DNA of 61,185 nt, from NCBI GenBank assembly GCA_036826375.1, contig DAISWL010000003.1, positions 1-61,185 of the forward strand, in the 5' to 3' direction. This stretch comes from Candidatus Saccharimonadota bacterium (lineage in GTDB: Bacteria > Patescibacteriota > Saccharimonadia > Saccharimonadales > HK-STAS-PATE-42). Shown here piece by piece: positions 57,816-61,185 of this stretch; within the stretch, counting starts at the first letter, position 1, and each line of letters opens with the position of its first letter. Below the pieces are notes generated by a model. It was not told the origin of the DNA, ran no database searches, and worked only from the letters and a program-made list of their open reading frames with translations. The translations under genes and the position numbers were made by a program.

Positions 57816-59585
57816 CTATTCTGACTCTAACTTAAAGTATGGGATCTTACTTAGATAATCTTGAATATCTATTGCCGAATTATCTCCTATCGAAGATATC
57901 TTATACCTACTGACTAAGCTTATGGATTGAATATAAAGAGGCTTAGCGGGAGCAACAGATGCCCAGGTTTGGCTAAACTTAAGTAGAGCTTGTTGTTTCT
58001 GGGTTTGGTCTGAGTAATTTTTGAAAGCAAATATTAGGCCTTCTATTCTGGAATCATTAAGATTGGAGAAGTTAAGATCTTTATTTGGTTGATCTGAAGA
58101 CCAATAGGTTTTAATATCCGGTTTGATTCCCATATCTATACTATTGATTAATATGTCGTAATTATGAGAAATATAATATTCTTCTTTAAAATCTTGAGGA
58201 CTAATTAGGCTTAGGTCTATAGTTATTCCAAGGTTCCTGAGCTGATCTACTAGTAAGTTAGCGGTTTTGGTGCTAATTTGATCATCAAGGGCTACTATTC
58301 TAAATCTCAACGTAGCATTACTGTCTGATTTAACTAAACTACCGTTATTGTTTTTATAGCCTAGTTGGTCGAACAACTTAGCGGCTTCCTCTTTGTTGAA
58401 CCCTAGCGAGCCACCATCCTGAGATTGAGAAAGTTGATATTTATTGAAGAGACTAGCGTTATCTACGCGTTTGACCTGGCTTGATATATCCTTTTCGTTA
58501 ATAGAATAAGCTAAAGCCTTCCTTAGGTTGGGATCCGTAATTCTGGTTGTATTGAAGAAGACATATACCTGTCCGGGGGTTTGATAAAAGTATTGATTAG
58601 CAGGAGTATCAACATCCAGACTGTCTAATTGAGGAGTGGCGCTAATGAAGCCATTATTAAAATTATCTATAAGCTTCTTCTTGCTATCAACAAATCTTAG
58701 ATTAACCCTCCTATTGGTAACCTTATCATAATTTGCATAATTACTATTTGCACCGAGTTTAACCTCTAAGCCACCATCAATAATATTGAGACCTTGGTAT
58801 AAATAGGGACCTCCATATATTTCGGCACCAGATTGAACCACTGAACCGTTGTTAATATCATAGTTATGTTTTGGCGCGAGGATGACCTGACTTAAATGCT
58901 TGTAGAAATTTATATTTGGCTCGGATAAGTTAATACTTATCTCACTATCGTCAACTTTCGTTACAGTAGCCCCCTTGAAAGACTGATAGCCGTCCTTAGT
59001 TGAACTGCTTTTTATAAATTGGTTCAAACTGAATGATAAATCTTCGACATCTACGTTTTTGCCATCACTCCATTTCAGCTGGTTCTTATACTTTAAACTA
59101 TAAGTTTTACCATCTTCCTTAGGTATGATATCTAGGATCAAAGACTCATAAGTACCTTGGTGGTTTTGCTTGGTTAGTGGTAAAAAAAGTAAGTTCAGTA
59201 AAATCTGATTAGCTCCGGTTGCATCCGTTTTAAGAGGATCGATATCTATATTCAACTCTTTAAAATAATAACCTTCTGTATAGATTCTAGGAACATTCTT
59301 ACCCGGCAAGAAGAATATAGCCCCAAATGAAGCTAAAGCAACGAATAATAATACTACGTGCTTAGAACTAAGCACTCTGGCCAGCTTTGCTAGAAATGGG
59401 TGCAAGGTTTTATTGCTAATTGGAAGCTGCTTATTCTCAACAGAACTTGTGGCAGAAACTATTCCATTCCCGGCAACTTGATTCTCTATTTTTTCATTCA
59501 GCTTAGCGTGCCCACTAAGTTTATTTGAAATATCTTTGAGCTTATTAGTTAGCTTTGGTTTAGTTTTAAGATTATTGTTACTCAT
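57816..59585 (-). CDS. Family 5 (OppA/DppA-like) solute-binding protein
   Basis: LKWSDGK, GGPY, FFNT..DPNLRKAL, NFSNLND..I. Confidence 0.8.
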   Translation of the reverse strand: MSNNNLKTKPKLTNKLKDISNKLSGHAKLNEKIENQVAGNGIVSATSSVENKQLPISNKTLHPFLAKLARVLSSKHVVLLFVALASFGAIFFLPGKNVPRIYTEGYYFKELNIDIDPLKTDATGANQILLNLLFLPLTKQNHQGTYESLILDIIPKEDGKTYSLKYKNQLKWSDGKNVDVEDLSFSLNQFIKSSSTKDGYQSFKGATVTKVDDSEISINLSEPNINFYKHLSQVILAPKHNYDINNGSVVQSGAEIYGGPYLYQGLNIIDGGLEVKLGANSNYANYDKVTNRRVNLRFVDSKKKLIDNFNNGFISATPQLDSLDVDTPANQYFYQTPGQVYVFFNTTRITDPNLRKALAYSINEKDISSQVKRVDNASLFNKYQLSQSQDGGSLGFNKEEAAKLFDQLGYKNNNGSLVKSDSNATLRFRIVALDDQISTKTANLLVDQLRNLGITIDLSLISPQDFKEEYYISHNYDILINSIDMGIKPDIKTYWSSDQPNKDLNFSNLNDSRIEGLIFAFKNYSDQTQKQQALLKFSQTWASVAPAKPLYIQSISLVSRYKISSIGDNSAIDIQDYLSKIPYFKLESE

Positions 59586-59620
59586 TCGCTAGCCACTAAT
59601 AATACTATTAAATATAGAAT

Positions 59621-59842
59621 CTACGCCCCCGCAATAGATACTATTATTGATCCGACAAATACTATTGCCAGGACTATGGTTATTTGCATCATAGTCTTAT
59701 CTGCTCCGCGACGAGTAGTGTAGAGCTCAGACGACGACCCAAAACCAGCACCTAAACTTGCCCCTCTAGTCTGAGCTAGAATAAAGATCACCATTAAAAC
59801 ACCGCTTACGATCGTGAACCATTCTAAAATTGTTAATCCCAT
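59621..59842 (-). CDS. secG: Preprotein translocase subunit SecG
   Basis: ILAQTRGASLGAGFG, TRRGADK, two TM segments. Confidence 0.93.
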   Translation of the reverse strand: MGLTILEWFTIVSGVLMVIFILAQTRGASLGAGFGSSSELYTTRRGADKTMMQITIVLAIVFVGSIIVSIAGA

Positions 59843-59881
59843 AATGTTTTTATCAAACTCCTTAACGTTAATTCTTAGAAA

Positions 59882-60259
59882 TCATTCTTGTGATCCAGAA
59901 TTTTTACCGAACCATTTTCTATCTACTAGATAGTTTACCAAACCTACAGCCAATCCGGCAAGGATGCTATACCAAAAACCGTTGACATTGAAGCCTGGTG
60001 TTATTTTATCTGTTAAATAGATTACGAAAGCATTGATTAGAGCGAAGAAGACACCAAAACTTATTGCTATCACAGGTAGACTGACCACTACGATTATAGG
60101 TCTTAGCGTGTTATATATAACAGTCATCACTAAACTTGCAACCGCTAAGCTTAGTAGACCATGGTAACTAATGCTATCCTTAAAAGTAAAACTAAGTATA
60201 ATTAGACTTATAAAAGTAAATGTGACCCTTTGACTTAATCTTTTTAAACCGTTTCTCAT
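59882..60259 (-). CDS. 4-TM phage-holin-family (YvlD/DUF360-like) membrane protein
   Basis: LRPIIVVVSLP..TFG-like ISFGVFFALINA, GFNVNGFWYSI. Confidence 0.8.
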   Translation of the reverse strand: MRNGLKRLSQRVTFTFISLIILSFTFKDSISYHGLLSLAVASLVMTVIYNTLRPIIVVVSLPVIAISFGVFFALINAFVIYLTDKITPGFNVNGFWYSILAGLAVGLVNYLVDRKWFGKNSGSQE

Positions 60260-60405
60260 TGCAATTCCACTAAAATTTTAAATTATTATTTATTTGTTGT
60301 GATTTAGGTTTAATTTAAACCGTAATACTTAATATTATTTACTATTGTATCAGTTTTGTTTATAATTAGCTATGTTCCTGAAGCTTGTAGCAGACGATGA
60401 GCTAT

Positions 60406-60482
60406 CGGGGTGTGGCGCAGTTGGCTAGCGCGCGCGGTTTGGGACCGCGAGGTCGAAGGTTCGAGTCCTTTCACCCCGACCA
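60406..60482 (+). tRNA. tRNA-Pro (TGG)
   Basis: Acceptor CGGGGTG/CACCCCG, anticodon loop TTTGGGA, GTTCGAG T-loop, encoded CCA. Confidence 0.97.
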
Positions 60483-60488
60483 AGAAAT

Positions 60489-61071
60489 ATGATTATGGAA
60501 TCTTCCCCTTATCCACCCAACCCAGAAGAAATGACACCTTTAGAGAAACTTAAAAGTGCCGTGAACGACCATCATGAATCTTTTTTAAAACTAGTCCCTA
60601 ATTTCGATAGAAATATTTGGCTGCCTTATGAGGCTCTATCTAGCAGGGGGGGGGAGCTGTGCGGCTGAAGCTTTTTTTGTAGCTCATAAGCTTTTAGAGT
60701 CTAAAGCTGTGGCAATTGAAGATTTAAGTTTAGGCGTATTTAGGGATCATGGCGAACTAGTTAGAGCAGGTTTCATAGGTTCAGAAAAGCCAATCTCTGG
60801 GCATGCAATACTTTTTGTAACACTTGATAATCAGACTTACGAATTTAACTTCAGGATGAATAGAGCGGACGATGATCCTAGCATTGAATCGGTCTCCAAA
60901 GATTCGCTGAGTGAAGATCGACTCAAATGGGTGGAGCCTATTAACGAGGCTCTATCCAGATACGGCACAGAGTTATTAGATAACAGGGGGTGTGGGTCAA
61001 CAATACAGGCGTGCACTACCGACCCCAAGAACGAATACGCTATCCCCTTGATTATTAATTCAGATTTCTAA
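60489..61071 (+). pseudogene. Hypothetical Cys-His enzyme gene frameshifted at a G9 tract (60646-60654)
   Basis: Upstream frame (ATG 60489/60495) stops at 60666-60668; deleting one G joins it to the 60628-61071 frame. Confidence 0.65.
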
Positions 61072-61185
61072 ATTAAAATAACTATTCGAGAAATGAAAAA
61101 CTCAAGATGTAGCGACCGAAGACCCTCCCATGCCTATACTCAAATAGATCGTGTACACCCTCTAGTTTAGAATAGTTAATACAAA

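Noticed and set aside
25406-60259. Prophage inferred from baseplate-J-like and holin-family genes
   Set aside because: The genes are 33 kb apart among housekeeping genes; no terminase, capsid or integrase
1248-61028. Many 60-120 aa antisense ORFs in the ORF track
   Set aside because: Shadows of well-supported genes on the opposite strand with no motifs or independent signals

Overview
AT-rich bacterial chromosome segment, standard genetic code. Gene content points to Patescibacteria/CPR, most likely Saccharibacteria-like (inference: L30 absent from the spc cluster, rplC not preceded by rpsJ, HTH-MurA, MurT/GatD, sortase, many small hypotheticals). It holds the rplC-secY ribosomal cluster (377-10774), repair genes (uvrA, radA, ung, ATL), cell-wall genes (murA, murF-like, ddl, murT/gatD, VanY-like, sortase), metG, thrS, glyA, iscS, redox genes, a RelE-type toxin-antitoxin pair and three tRNAs (Gly-TCC, Arg-TCT, Pro-TGG). 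Highlights: (1) a degenerate palindrome TAARYTTA iterated through resident genes but absent from three foreign-looking genes (HIP1/DUS-like); (2) a 1.7 kb integron-like cassette array with no integrase in the window, non-canonical attC-like sites, a reconstructable empty site and genes bracketed by long inverted repeats; (3) a PRTase-NADAR fusion; (4) a G9 tract frameshifting a putative Cys-His enzyme beside tRNA-Pro; (5) an in-frame amber codon in murT; (6) an ORF ending in an ssrA-tag-like sequence; (7) several unassigned structured RNA candidates. All protein calls come from motif recognition by eye; no searches or folding were run.
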